Shown: positions 1-12,499 of the stretch, one piece after another
How positions within the stretch are numbered: the stretch's first letter is position 1
Layout: each line of letters opens with the position of its first letter
Assembly (NCBI GenBank): GCA_951406725.2
Contig: OX597815.1
Location: forward strand, 19,220,001 to 19,284,000
Reading direction: 5' to 3'
Source of the DNA: Octopus vulgaris
Lineage: Eukaryota
Length of the DNA stretch: 64,000 nucleotides
Program-made: the position numbers and the translations under genes
The notes under the pieces: model-generated
What the model was told of the DNA's origin: nothing
The model's database searches: none
The model's input: the letters and a program-made list of their open reading frames with translations, nothing else

Positions 1-154
1 CACTCTGTTGTCATTGATTTTTGTTCATAAAAATGCTTAGAGTTAGTCACATAAAATTATATCCGATAAAATACTGATGCAAGGATTAATTTGAAGATGT
101 TTAATAGAGTTAACTAGTATTTGGTACTATTTTGACATGTTGCTATCTTTCACC

Positions 155-690
155 GTTGCCGTTCAGCGACGTGCAACCAAGAGAATACCCTCCATCAGGC
201 ATTTGCCATATTCTGAACCCCTTACTTCTCTGGGCATGGATACATTGAAACTCCGACATCTGGCAGCTGACTTGGCAGACACCCATAAAATTATTAACCA
301 TCTTACAAACAATAACTCTGAGCACCTTTTCAAACTCCATCTGTCTAACACCCGTGGACATGTTTACAAAGTCAGAAAACAGCACAGCTCCCATGACTTT
401 CGGAAACATTTTTTCACGCTAAGAGTTGCTGAAGTATGGAACAAACTGACAGCATCAGTTGTTAGTTGTCGGAGCACTGCATCGTTCAAAACTTCCGTGC
501 TTCCTGAGATTCGCCAACACTACACCTGATTTTCTCCCCTCCACACACACACAAGCATGTATCTGACTCATACACTGTTCACTTCCCAGACATTTATACA
601 TTACTGCATATGCTTTATACGCACTTTTGAAAAGCTGTGGTGCACCTGAGAACTGTATACAATAATTTCATTATTGTTATTATTATAATT
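155..690 (+). mobile_element. CR1-group LINE, 5'-truncated 3' end (ORF2 C-terminus, 3' UTR, (TTA)n-like tail)
   Basis: ORF 137..529 contains VQRRATKRIP..LPYSE.L..LG..TL..R.L.ADL...HKI, TRGHVYK, RKHFFTLRVAEVWNKL and ASFK, the typical CR1 ORF2 C-terminal motifs; ends in ttattgttattatta. Confidence 0.9.
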
Positions 691-2361
691 ATACTGTTAC
701 TCTATAATTATACTGTTACCAAGGGAGAAATAGAAGATGCGTTTCAAGGAGTTTCAAGGTACCTCAAAACTATGATTACTGTTGCCTTCAGATGTAAATC
801 CATTTCATCTATATCAGATTCATCACCTTCAATTCTACTTTATAAAATTCATTGGAAGACAGCACTTCCCGAGTTTGCCCCGTTCTCCTTCCTATCAAAC
901 TTTAATGACTAACAAAGGCCAAATCTATTATTTTCGACTACATTTGTAACGCTTCCCCAATAGCTATTAGAAATCTTTGTGTAATTACTCGACCGACTAG
1001 AAGTAGTAGCCACATTTAATTCAAATTACAGCTTAACACATTCAAGATAATGGACTGCATATATTGGATAATGTAACCTGAGATTACACTATCTGAAGGG
1101 GTGGTCAAGGCTAGGAAGCTAGAGATGAAAGAACGCGAACAGTAACAAGAAAAAGGTTTACCCACCATACCAAATACAATTAGTACCACTATCTTCATAA
1201 TAAAATCAATTGACAACAGCTTTATGGCAAAAGTTTGACTGGTCGACAAACAGTGGATTCTGAAATTAAGCATAGTGTCTACTCGTTCGCAGGACAGACT
1301 AAAAAATGCTTTAACTGCCCATAATAAATACCGAAAATAATAAATAGGTAAAAGATATATAATTATAAGATATAATCTAAATATATAAAAAGTCAAATAT
1401 AGTAACCCGTCGTTAAGTGGATAATCATCACCCACTCCTATCATTTCTTGTGCTTGTATTGTTGTTGCTCGCCCTAAATATGGCCATGGGAAATTCTTGC
1501 ATCAGTGCGCTCTAGAAAAATACCCTAGTGGTAACAACAACAACAGCAGCAGCAGGAGGAGGAGGAGGAGGAAAGCGGCAGCAGCAGGTGAAAGAGAAAG
1601 AGTAGTAGGAGAATATAACATAATTTCCTACATTTTAGGATACTTTTACTTTTCCCCACGGTTTGATGTTTTTCATTTGTTTGGTAGGAAAGAAGAGGTT
1701 GTCCTTATAGCTTTTTCAGGCCTTCTTAGATCAGTGAGATCGACGTGGCAAACGCACCTATGTGATCTCGACTCATTTACTATTTCATATCGACAGCAAA
1801 TAGCACGAATAGCTTATGACTGTTCGTTGAAATGTTGTCCATTGAAATTAGTTTAAAGTATTTCAAACAGCGAAAACCTACGAAATTTACAAAACTCAAA
1901 GGAAATATGAATATTCTACGTAAGAAGAGTTTACTTCACCGTAATCTGTTTTGAATAATATTAACAAGACAATGAAACGTGTATTCATTTTCATTAATAA
2001 CTTGCCAGCAGATATACGTTAGGAGAGAAATGAAATTGAAAATAGAAAAGTATCATAGTTTCTATAATCTATAGAACAACAAGGTACTATTATGAAAGAA
2101 GAGGCTTTCGAAATATCTCCAGGAAATAGTAAGATTAAGTCTTCAGCTATTACTGAATCAATGTGTGATCAAGCTTTCGGCACTATGAATCCGTAATGCT
2201 TTGATACAGACTTAATTCAATCTCTTCGGCTGGAATTATGTAGATATCTTACTTTTGTTCTCGCCTGTCTAGTTACTTTTGTTGTTATTGTTGTTGTTTA
2301 TCCATAGTCAGTGCTGATTGAACAACCATATGATCAAGAGCATTCTAACCAAAACTATTCG

Positions 2362-2400
<39 letters not shown>

Positions 2401-2401
<1 letters not shown>

Positions 2402-2700
2402 CCACTTGAATGTGGCTAACCGTTAAGGGTTGATGCTTGTAAACTCAGGAAGACATCTCCTCCAGCTGGCTATTGAAACACGTTCTGTACCCTATCAGTA
2501 TTTGCAAAGGGAAATCATCGTTCCCATCTCCAACCTGACGTGATACACACGGACCCGAGTTTCTGGGTATTGACCCGTCATCAGTGTGTGACAACCACCG
2601 GTTGTCTATGTGAAGTGGTTCCCAGTGCAAATGTATGATTTATGTAGGGCTGTGGAAGGAGTCCCAAGGGGCTAGGTGTCAAAACTTGTATTGAACCGAA
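2401..2700 (-). mobile_element. Short Penelope-like (pLTR-type) element carrying a hammerhead, family A
   Basis: GC-richer ~300-bp island whose minus-strand 3' end abuts the (TA)n tract at 2365-2399 and which contains the HHR at 2546-2590. PLE assignment is inferred from the HHR type. Confidence 0.55.
2546..2590 (-). ncRNA. Minimal type-I hammerhead ribozyme motif
   Basis: Minus strand reads CACACA-CUGAUGA-C-GGGU(CAAU)ACCC-A-GAAA-C(UCGG)G-UC-CGUGUG: full catalytic core, GUC triplet, 4-bp helix II, 2-bp helix III and 5-bp helix I (A.C mismatch next to the core). Confidence 0.8.
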
Positions 2701-3390
2701 AAGCAAGTATCTTTTCTATTCGGAATATGTTGAGTTGTGTGGGGGTTTTTTGTGTGTGTGTGAATGTATGTGTGTGTATGTGTATGTGTGTGCGTGCGTG
2801 TGTGTGTTGTGTTGTGTTAAATGTTCAAAACTTCTATTATTAGAGTTTGGAAGGGATTATTTTTGTTTTACTTTATGCTGATTGTTTGGAAATATTCTTT
2901 TGGGGAAGGAATTATTTTTGTGTCAAAGATTCTATTGGATTGAATAGGAGAGTTCTTTTCTTTTCAAAAAATGTTCAGTGTGCATGATAAGTGTCCAAAT
3001 ACAAGAAACAATAAAAGAAAAGATAAAGGAATTTAATGATGGTCTCAAATTCTATTGAACGAGAAATTATTTTTCTTCTTTCTTTTACCTTGTGGGGAGG
3101 GAGTATGTGCGCATATGTGAATGTGTGTGTGTGTGTGTGTGCATGTGTGTGTGTTTTGTCTTGTTTTTGTCTGTGTGTGCGCGTGTATGGCTGGAACTCA
3201 CCACAACAGTTGCATTCTGTCGAAAGAAACAACGTTTAATATATTCATGTACAGTCATATTTAACTTATTCACATGGGAAGACCTGTCGCTCAGGAAGTT
3301 GTCTCGATAGAAATTTCTCCTCGTGAACATCATCGGATCGTGGACGGCGAAAGACGAATTCGATATTCTTGGCTAATGGCGCTTAACAAC

Positions 3391-3702
3391 GTCATCATCA
3401 TCATTGTTCGACCGTGGTCGAGACTTTCATAGTCTTTTCAAATGGCTAATAATGTGTGCGCGCGCCACTACTACACACATTGGAAAGCATTGTACAACCA
3501 AGTACTAAAGAAGATCTTTCCTCCTCCATGAAACAAAGCTGTTCCCGCTGGACGTCAACCCAGTATTTCTAAGCTACGGACCGAGTGATTTATTGTAAGG
3601 TTATCTCCCTAGATAGATTGCCTTCACTACAGCTAAGGAGCCCTTTCTACCCCAGAGACCCAGGCATCCATGATTCGTGGAGACTCAGGCATCCCATGAT
3701 TC
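3391..3702 (-). mobile_element. Decayed retroposon (SINE or RTE-related) with (GAT)n tail
   Basis: catcatcatcatt tail at the left end; minus-strand gggtagaaagggctccttagctgtagtgaaggcaatctatctagggag resembles RTE-type leader sequence; ~25-bp tandem duplication at 3654-3703. Confidence 0.35.
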
Positions 3703-4239
3703 GATGATGATATTCATTGCCCACTGAATTTTTGCGTGTTGTCTGAGAGGAGAAATTTCTCTCGAGCGAATACTGTTCTTACAGTTCTATGAAATAAACT
3801 GTGTGTGTGTGTGTGTGTGCGTGCGCTCGTGCGCGTGCGAATGTCTTTCCATGTATGTGTGTGTGTAGATGTATTTCCTCATATGAACATGTTTGTGCAT
3901 CGTAGCATGTATATTGGCATTTGTTCCCCTTCCGGTTCTCTTCCTTTACAACCAGGTTGACTACACCCCTTCAACAAGGAGCTGCATTCAAGTGACCAGA
4001 ATTGTAAATACTATTAGCAAACTGATTCGTACGAACAAAAGTTTAGAAACTATTTTTAATCAGAAGTTCATCTTATGAATACATTTTAGAAAAATTTGTC
4101 ACCTACATTTTGCTTTTACTTCAAAAATAAACAAAAGTTTGCTAATTGCGTTTCAATGTTTTGAGGTAAGAAAGTAAAATTTTAATAACTGTTGTTGTTG
4201 TTACTGTTCTAGGTATGGGTTTGGTTACTGTTGTAGTGG

Positions 4240-4435
4240 TTGTCGTTGTTTAGCACCAGGATAAACTTAATTGAGCAAATGTATGATCAAAAGCGTTCCA
4301 GCTCTGACTGTCTTGTTTATTCTCTAGAACCACCCTGTCCAATATATTCTTTTTGAAGACACAATAAGGCTGTCATTTGAGGGTATTTGGCTGCTGTTTT
4401 TAGCACGTTCAACGACCACCTAGCACCTCCCTTGA
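4240..4435 (-). mobile_element. Abundant dispersed repeat ending in (CAA)n, probably a SINE 3' part
   Basis: Shared motifs ctagaaatagcagccaaat.., ..tgatcata.. and ctaaacaacaac recur degenerately at about 985-1120, 2285-2360, 9285-9345, 19190-19345, 19850-19990, 32440-32610, 52790-52945 and 61845-62015. Confidence 0.55.
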
Positions 4436-4687
4436 TAACTCGATAATAATAGTTAGAAGTAGGTGGGGGAATTGATCTTCTCGTAGAGTAAATTCAATTT
4501 CATTCTGCTGAAATTGGTTTGAACAGCAAGTCTGGAAAGCATTCCACAGGGAATACTTTCATAAGTGAAAATTTAATAACAAACTATTGTGTTGATTATG
4601 ATGAATGACCAAGCCCTGTATCGTGTTCTATTTCAATTCATTAAATTATTCTAAGACGTAGTACCAATACGAAGTAAATGGAGTATA

Positions 4688-5810
4688 CTAAATCCTATGA
4701 TCAATGGCATATTACGGCTTGGCGGATATTTGTCTGATCAGATTGTAGTTTGAGAGACAGCAGAAGATTTAGAAAATAATAGATGATAGAAGACATAAAT
4801 TCCGATATTCTTTGTATCTGCACATATTGTTGGTTGAATTTCTATTGAGTACCAGATATAACAATCGCGCGAGTACACTGTGTGAGTGTTGACTCAGTAA
4901 TGAATATGCATTGATGAAGAATTTCCACATAGACTCTTAATATTCTATGAGGGATCAAACAAAAGATACTTTTACAGCAAATACTTAAATAAGTTTGATG
5001 TAATGCCTACATTATAAGGGTGACATTTCTATACGCCGTTTTAATAGATAAGCGTACGTACGAACAATTTACGTATTCTCTGACATGGAGAGGAATTCAA
5101 AACTGACGGAACAACAGAGATAACTATATATTTACTAAAACTGTACAATTAAATTTAACTGCGATTCAATACTTTGGCCTGTATTACATAAATACTATAA
5201 TGTGATAATAAATTAATTGGGAACAGTTGAGTGTTTGAATAACAGTAAAATTAGTGTAATGTTGTGCTCGGAATTTTTCGTGAAAGAAAAGAGAAGTCGT
5301 ATGAATAAAGTGTCCCCTAATATATTGTCCATTAAGAAATTAGCCTTCCCTCTGGGAGATATTTATATAAGGATAAACATTTAAGTTTGGAAAATTAAAT
5401 TGAACACTTTCTTTGTAAGTTACTGGGGGTAGATTATGTCGAGAATGTTTCAGTTTCAAGTACGCTCCTTACTTATACCGAGCACGGTGGGAGCTAAGAT
5501 TATGTGACGGGAAGAGAATTTGGTGTTTGAGGCTGTTATTGAAAACAGACTTATCGATTTTTTGCCTACTTGAGAGGCTGCTATTTTACAGTATCTGTTA
5601 ATGGTGGTGATGTTTGAAGGATTAGAATATACCAAATAAAGTAAATAGGGACTTTTGAAGAAATGAATAAACGATAAAAATAAAATTCAACCTTTCTATT
5701 AAATGTAGACAATAAATTTCTGGAGAACTTCAAATACTCGCAGAAAAAAAAAATGGTTTAACTCTCTTTATAGGCGGTATTTGGAAATCTTCCCTGAATT
5801 CCATTAGAGT
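4688..5810 (+). mobile_element. Highly decayed BEL/Pao LTR-retrotransposon integrase region
   Basis: Collinear motif remnants across frameshifts: LNPMINGILRLGGYL (~LNPF..G.LRVGGRL), PIF..SAHIV, HCVSVDSVM, TAIQYFGLYYI (~TG.DYFGPF), HGGS*D (~H.GG.WE), LQILAEK..WF...RRYL (~Q.LA..FW.RW..EYL). Confidence 0.6.
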
Positions 5811-6066
5811 GTATGTTTTTATTATGAGCGAACTATGTGTTTAGTGTGCAAAACATTTCGAAAGAGATGGGAAATGCGACATTAAACGACAACGTTTTTA
5901 TATCAGTATGTAGTAAAATTGCGATTCTATCTGAGTTCCAATTGATATTGTATGTTGGCATTCCCATATAGAAGATAACACAAAACCCATATTCTCAGAA
6001 CAAATGCACTTCGCTGTAGATACTTTAAGAAAAATGCAGTTGATATCATCCTCTCCAAATATAGAC

Positions 6067-6790
6067 ATATGCACACCTGCACACCTGGACACGCACATAC
6101 ACACACGTGCTTACATACACACACATGCACACCTGAAATCATACTTATACATGCACACCTGGAATCATACTTATACGTGCACACGCACAAAGACACACAT
6201 GCACACCTGAAATCATACTTATACATGCACACGCTTACATACACACACATGCACACCTGGAATCATACTTATACATGCACACGCTTACATACACACACAT
6301 GCACACCTGGAACCATACACACACATGCACACCTGGAATCATACTTATACATGCACACGCACAAAGACACACACGCGCTTACATACACACACATGCACAC
6401 CTGGAATCATACTTATACACACACACGCTTACATACACACACATGCACACCTGGAATCATACTTATACACACACACGCTTACATACACACACATGCACAC
6501 CTGGAATCATACTTATACATGCACACGCACAAAGACACACACGCGCTTACATACACACACACATGCACACCTGGAATCATACTTATACATGCACACGCTT
6601 ACATACACACACATGCACACCTGGAATCATACTTATACGTGCACAAGCACAAACACACACATGCGCTTACATACATACACACACGCACACCTGGAATCAT
6701 ACTTATACATGCACACCTGGAATCATACTTATACGTGCAGACGCACAAAGACACACACGCGCTTACATACACACACATGCACGCATGAAC
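6067..6790. repeat. Composite CA-rich minisatellite
   Basis: About 12 copies of atgcacacctggaatcatacttatac interleaved with modules gcttacatacacacac and gcacaaagacacacac. Confidence 0.95.
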
Positions 6791-7089
6791 ACACATACAC
6801 ACACATAAATACGTGCGCGCGTAGACACATAGATATTTGTTTCATTGTAAATATGTATTTCTGCGAAATTACTGTGTACGTGTGTCTGTGAGTTCTTGTC
6901 AATCTTTACGCTAGTCTATCAGTCGGAGTGTGTGTATGTGTGTCCATTGTATCTATATACACATGTAGCTCAATATTCCAAATACAGAAAGCAGTTAGTG
7001 GAATGTGAAAGACAGGTGAGCAGGAATGTGTTCTACGGTAGAGACTAGAATGTTCAGATACACTTTCATCAAAACAAACCACAGCTAAA

Positions 7090-7244
7090 TACACGCACGC
7101 GCGCGCACTCAGTCACACACATACAAACACACACATATGCACATGCACACACGCAACACACAGATACACATACATGCACGCATATAAAAGCAAATATGCA
7201 GAGGCATCTGTGGATATAAATCATAATGTGCATCTATCTATCTA

Positions 7245-7303
<59 letters not shown>

Positions 7304-7310
7304 TTATTAT

Positions 7311-7394
<84 letters not shown>

Positions 7395-7471
7395 GTGTAT
7401 ATATAAATATATATATATATATACATATACATACATATATATACATATATGCATAGACAGATAGATAGATT

Positions 7472-7528
<57 letters not shown>

Positions 7529-7935
7529 GGTAATATGTATGTGTATATATGCATATTATACATATGTATAAATATATATATAGAGAGAGAGATTTATAAA
7601 TGTATATATATATACACATATGTGTGTATGTATATATGTATATATGTATATGGACACATATATAATATATATGTCTATATCTATCTACATATATATGTAT
7701 ACACATTTACGTATTCTACAAGTAACAATATGAATATGCTTAAGACGGATATGTATGCCTTCATGTATATCTATGACTGCTTTTATGTGCATGTGTATGT
7801 ATGCACTCATATATATGTATATATATATATATCTATATATATATATACACAGACATATTTATATGCATATACATTTGTACACATCAATTCACGCACAAAG
7901 CATGAGAGAGAAAGAGGGAGAGAGAGAAAGAGAAT
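7090..7935. repeat. Compound microsatellite (CA, TC, TA, GATA, GA)
   Basis: Directly visible. Confidence 0.95.
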
Positions 7936-8799
7936 GAATGAAAGTAGTAGAAAAAGCACCGTTTTCGATATACCTATGTGAAATACGCTGCATAACATCT
8001 ACTGTTTATGATATAGAATGTTGAATGTAATCACCTTAAATGGAATACTGGACCGGAAGATATGTTAATATATAGAACACATCTAACACTATCATAGCTA
8101 ACGCTCAGCTGAACAGATTTTATTTTTGCGATAGTGTTACTGAATAAATAGCAACACAATAGAAGACATTTCTATAATCCAAACTACAGCAATGTTGCGA
8201 ACAATTTTTTTTTTCTATCTTTATTATTTTCAAATTAAATGCACGTTCCAGTCAATGGGACATAACTCGTATTCTGCGCATAAATCTAACATTGCTAATT
8301 TTAAGTTCTTCCCAAATGCTATCTTTTAGTATTATTATTATTATTATTATTAATATTCTATACGTGTTCGATATAACTAAATATATTGAATTGCAGTCTA
8401 TACATGTGAATATATACGGGTGAAAGAGGAGGAGGAGGGAGAGTAGAATGAGGATAAGTGGGTGGGCGGAGGAGTAAGCGCAGGTTGCTTCGAGTGGTGT
8501 CTATGCTTATTTTTGATATGAGGTTCGAATGGTGTTAATGTTCGAGGTTCCTGGAAACTGAAAAAAGGAAAATCGCGCTCTTGCCCGTCACAACTGCCCC
8601 CCACGTACACGATTTTTCCTTAGAAAGCAACGACGTGTGTGTGTGAAGTAATAAGCATGGCGTATAGTCGATCGAGCCAGCTCTGATTACACTTGGAATC
8701 GATCTCGTTGGAATGAACGGCAAATCGTTATTCGAAAACCTTTGGGAATTTGAAGTCACAAATAAGGAAAATATATCCCCGCCTCAGTTCACTTTGAGC

Positions 8800-9090
8800 G
8801 TGTGTGTGTGTGTGTGTGTTTGTGTATGTATGTGTGTGTGTGTGTTTGTGTATGTATGTGTGTGTGTGTGTTTGTATGTGTGTTTGTATGTATGTGTGTG
8901 TGTTTGTGTATGTGTGTGTGTATGTGTGTGTGTGTGTGTTTCTGTGTTTCTGTGTGTTTGTGTGTGTGTGTGTTTGTGTGTGTTTGTGTGTGTGTTTATG
9001 TGTGTGTTTGTGTGTGTTTGTGTGTATGTGTGTGTGTGTATGTGTGTGTATGTTTGTGTATGTGTGTTTGTATGTGTGTATGTGTGTGTG

Positions 9091-9135
<45 letters not shown>
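8800..9135. repeat. Long imperfect (GT)n tract
   Basis: Directly visible, ~335 bp. Confidence 0.95.
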
Positions 9136-9137
<2 letters not shown>

Positions 9138-9448
9138 GTGTTGCTATTGCTTTCTGTGCCGTCTTTCTTTTTTTCCTTCCTTCCTTTCTTTCTTTTTTCC
9201 TTCCTTCCTTTCTTACTTTAATTTTATTAACTTTTTTCTTTTTTTTCCTCTTCTAATGTCCCAATTTCTTTGTTGTTACTGTTTTTCTTTAGCCCCAGGT
9301 CGATTCTGATCGAGTAGACCTATAATCAAAGGTGTTCTAACAACAGTTGTGTGATCTCTTACATATATTTATATACACACACATATATACACATACGTAT
9401 GTTAAGATAAATAATATTTACGACAGGAGGATGCTGGTGCGTTCACCC

Positions 9449-9645
9449 TTTTACTTGTTTCAGTCATTTGACTGTGGCCATGCTGGAGCACCGCCTTTAG
9501 TCGAGTAAATCAACCCCAGGACTTATTCTTTGTAAGCCCAGTATTATTCTATCGGTCTCTTTCGCCGAACCGCTAAGTTACAGGGACGTAAACACAGCAG
9601 CACCGGTTGTCAAGTGATGTTGTGGGGACAAACACATACACACAC

Positions 9646-9712
<67 letters not shown>

Positions 9713-9872
9713 TACGACGGGCTTCTTTCAGCTTCCGTCTACCAAATCCACTCGCAAGGCTTTGGTCGGCCCGAGGCTATAGTAGAAGACACTTGCTCAA
9801 GGTGCCACGCAGTGGGACTGAACCCGCAACCGTGTGGTTGGTAAGCAAACTACTTACCACACAACCACTCCT
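9449..9872 (-). mobile_element. tRNA-derived SINE with internal (TA)n/(TG)n (family S1), full length
   Basis: Minus-strand head aggagtggttgtgtggtaag...gggttcagtccc with A/B-box-like motifs; same element at 29105-29745, 50398-50802 and 23766-23910. Confidence 0.9.
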
Positions 9873-10488
9873 AATCCTGTGTATAATTTTAATGCCATTT
9901 CTTATGAATAGACCCACACCGAAGAGGCTTTGTCGAGATGTTGTTACTTTTGTTGCTCTCCTTAAAAAAACTGGACCTCAATTCTTTAAAGCATTTAAGA
10001 CGTATTATTATAAGGTAACTGTTTATATCACTCAGATGAACTTCTTGTTTTTGTATTATAATTCCCGCTGAGATTCGATCTGACATAAGCAACATCCAGT
10101 TGGTTGCTTTTAAGTGCAGCTGAGGCATATCTTTTAAAGGAAGATAAGTTTATTTAAGAAACATTTTAAGATAGGCTAGTGTCTAAGACGTCCACATTTA
10201 TTCAAATGGATGTAGAAAACACACACTGTAGATATGATCGTAATTATTAGTTTTAATTATTGAATAAGCTATTACTTGTAAAAGGGGCATCGTTTCAAGG
10301 GCAGGGAATGGCACAATCGATAAGAATCCACCACAAAGCATTATTTTGATTAGTTAAGGCCGTGGACTTTCTCAGTTTCAATCACACACTGAAGTCAGCG
10401 TTATTTTTTTTTTTCATCCTCCTGAAATCAAGAAAATAAAACAACAATCAAGTATTATATATGAATACAAACACACACAAAAACACAT

Positions 10489-10548
<60 letters not shown>

Positions 10549-10652
10549 TATATAGACATACGTAACTATATATGTGTGTACATATATATATAGATATTCA
10601 TACGTAAGTATATATATATAAATACATATGTATGTATATATATAAATGTATA

Positions 10653-10685
<33 letters not shown>

Positions 10686-10700
10686 GCTTATATATGTATG

Positions 10701-10731
<31 letters not shown>

Positions 10732-10732
10732 A

Positions 10733-10763
<31 letters not shown>

Positions 10764-11962
10764 ATATATACATAAGAAATCAAATTTGACTCTGACACCA
10801 ATCTACGTGTGTGTATGTGTGTGTATATGCATGTATGTGTATGCGTGTGTGTGTGTGTGTGTGTGCGTGTGTGTGTGCGTGTGTTGTCTTTACTGGGAAT
10901 TCTATATTATTATATTAATCGTTGCAGGGCATCCTTTGATCTGCAATGTTTATTAGTAAGGATGTATTATTGTGGCTGTGTTTTTATATTGATAATTAGA
11001 AATGCATCTCATAGAGATAAATGTTCATATGAAAATACTTTTTTTATGGATGTTTTTACTTCGTGGTTCTACTCAGAGCAAACATCTGCTTCGTATAAAG
11101 CATTGTGTTTAATTTTAATGTCTGTACGCACCAAATAACTGTTTCCTGCCGCAGTGTCTTTGCTTTGAAGACTATTAAAAAATTATGTACGATAACTGTA
11201 TTTGAAGTTCACAAGGACCAGTTCAGAACTGTTCAGTTCACTGGGAAATGAATTGTTTGTATCTATCTATCTAACTATGTATTTATCTATCTATTGATAT
11301 GTATGTATCATTTTTGTAGTTGCTTCTCTTTTTCGATACTTATATTTATGTATGTTATACTTGAGAAAGTAATTTTGTCAATAAAATGCAAGCATTCATT
11401 GTATTTCACTTCAATTTTTATTGCTAATACAACCAGTAAAATACGACTAATTCTCTTGTCTTATTTCCGGTATGACCCTTCCAAAATATTACATCTGTTG
11501 CAGTCCGCATACGTTAACCAAAACATAACTTATTGTATGGTCATTTTGGTTCTGCAAATCTAAGATAATTTTCATACAGAACTAAAGGATTTAATGTTGT
11601 GCATGTGCAGTAATCCTGTGGTTACATAGAAATTCAGTAATTCTTCAACGCCGTAATTGAATGATCTCTCTAACAAAAATGGTTCGAAAATAAACAGATT
11701 ACTTTAACAACTTTAGCTGTTCAGTCTACCGCTTGACAGATTAAAGTTTGATAGCCTTGTTTAGGACTGTCACGAGACACTTTCACTCAACCGTGTCAGC
11801 CTTAATTTTCGGCGCAATAAATAGTCACACGATATTAATACACGGACGTAGCGAGGAATTGACAAAAGTTTCTAAGGCTAATCACGTGATCGTCTTCTAC
11901 CACATTTGTCAGATAAAAGTCAGACAGCCTTCAATGCTTGGGATTGTCAACGGTGACGTCTA

Positions 11963-12362
11963 CTAACAATATAGCCGGGCGTTGCTCGGGTTTGTTTTCT
12001 TTTCGACCCTTTAGAATTGGAATTTTTGAAAAGTAAAAATTTTGCATTATGCAGCTTGTTATTCTCTTTAAGTGAACATTTTTCTGGTTGAAATACACCG
12101 AAAAATAGCGACACAGCAGTCAAAAAATCGTAAAAAATAGGGATTTTCATAGAAAAAAAAGCATCTTTTTGATGTAAACAACTTTTCGTGTTAACATGGT
12201 CCGATTTGAATTTTATCTTCTACGGATGAAAGAGCAAGCCTTCTTCTATCATACTTTCAATTTTGGTCAACTTGCGCCGCAGGGTCTCGGAGGAGATAGT
12301 GTTAGTTGAAGGCTACCAAACCTGCCACACACAGACAACTTTAGCTTTATATATAAAGAAGA
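11963..12362 (-). mobile_element. Non-autonomous Helitron-type element, 400 bp
   Basis: Minus strand starts A|TCTTCTTTATATATAAAGC and ends with hairpin CCGAGCAACGCCCGG, 8 nt, then TTAG|T: 5'-TC, subterminal hairpin, near-CTAG end, inserted between A and T. Confidence 0.75.
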
Positions 12363-12499
12363 TAACTTTCTCTGTGTGTCTGTCCCCCCCTCTCTCTCTC
12401 TCTCTCTTCCTTTCTCTCTCTCACTCTCACTGTATATATAGTAGTACGGGTAACTTGTCACCCAGTATATCCTGCCGCTGTGTCGGATCGTTCCATCTA

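Noticed and set aside
137-529. 130-aa ORF as a host gene
   Set aside because: It is the C-terminus of a 5'-truncated CR1 ORF2; the ATG lies in flanking DNA.
6067-6790. Repeat-spacer look (CRISPR-like) and His/Thr-rich ORFs
   Set aside because: The spacers are themselves repeated CA modules, there are no cas genes and the context is eukaryotic; the ORFs are open only because the repeat lacks stops in those frames.
7174-9309. YI/CV/HT dipeptide ORFs here and throughout (e.g. 10546-11138, 33570-34288, 42835-43765, 49223-49730)
   Set aside because: Translations of TA/GT/CA microsatellites.
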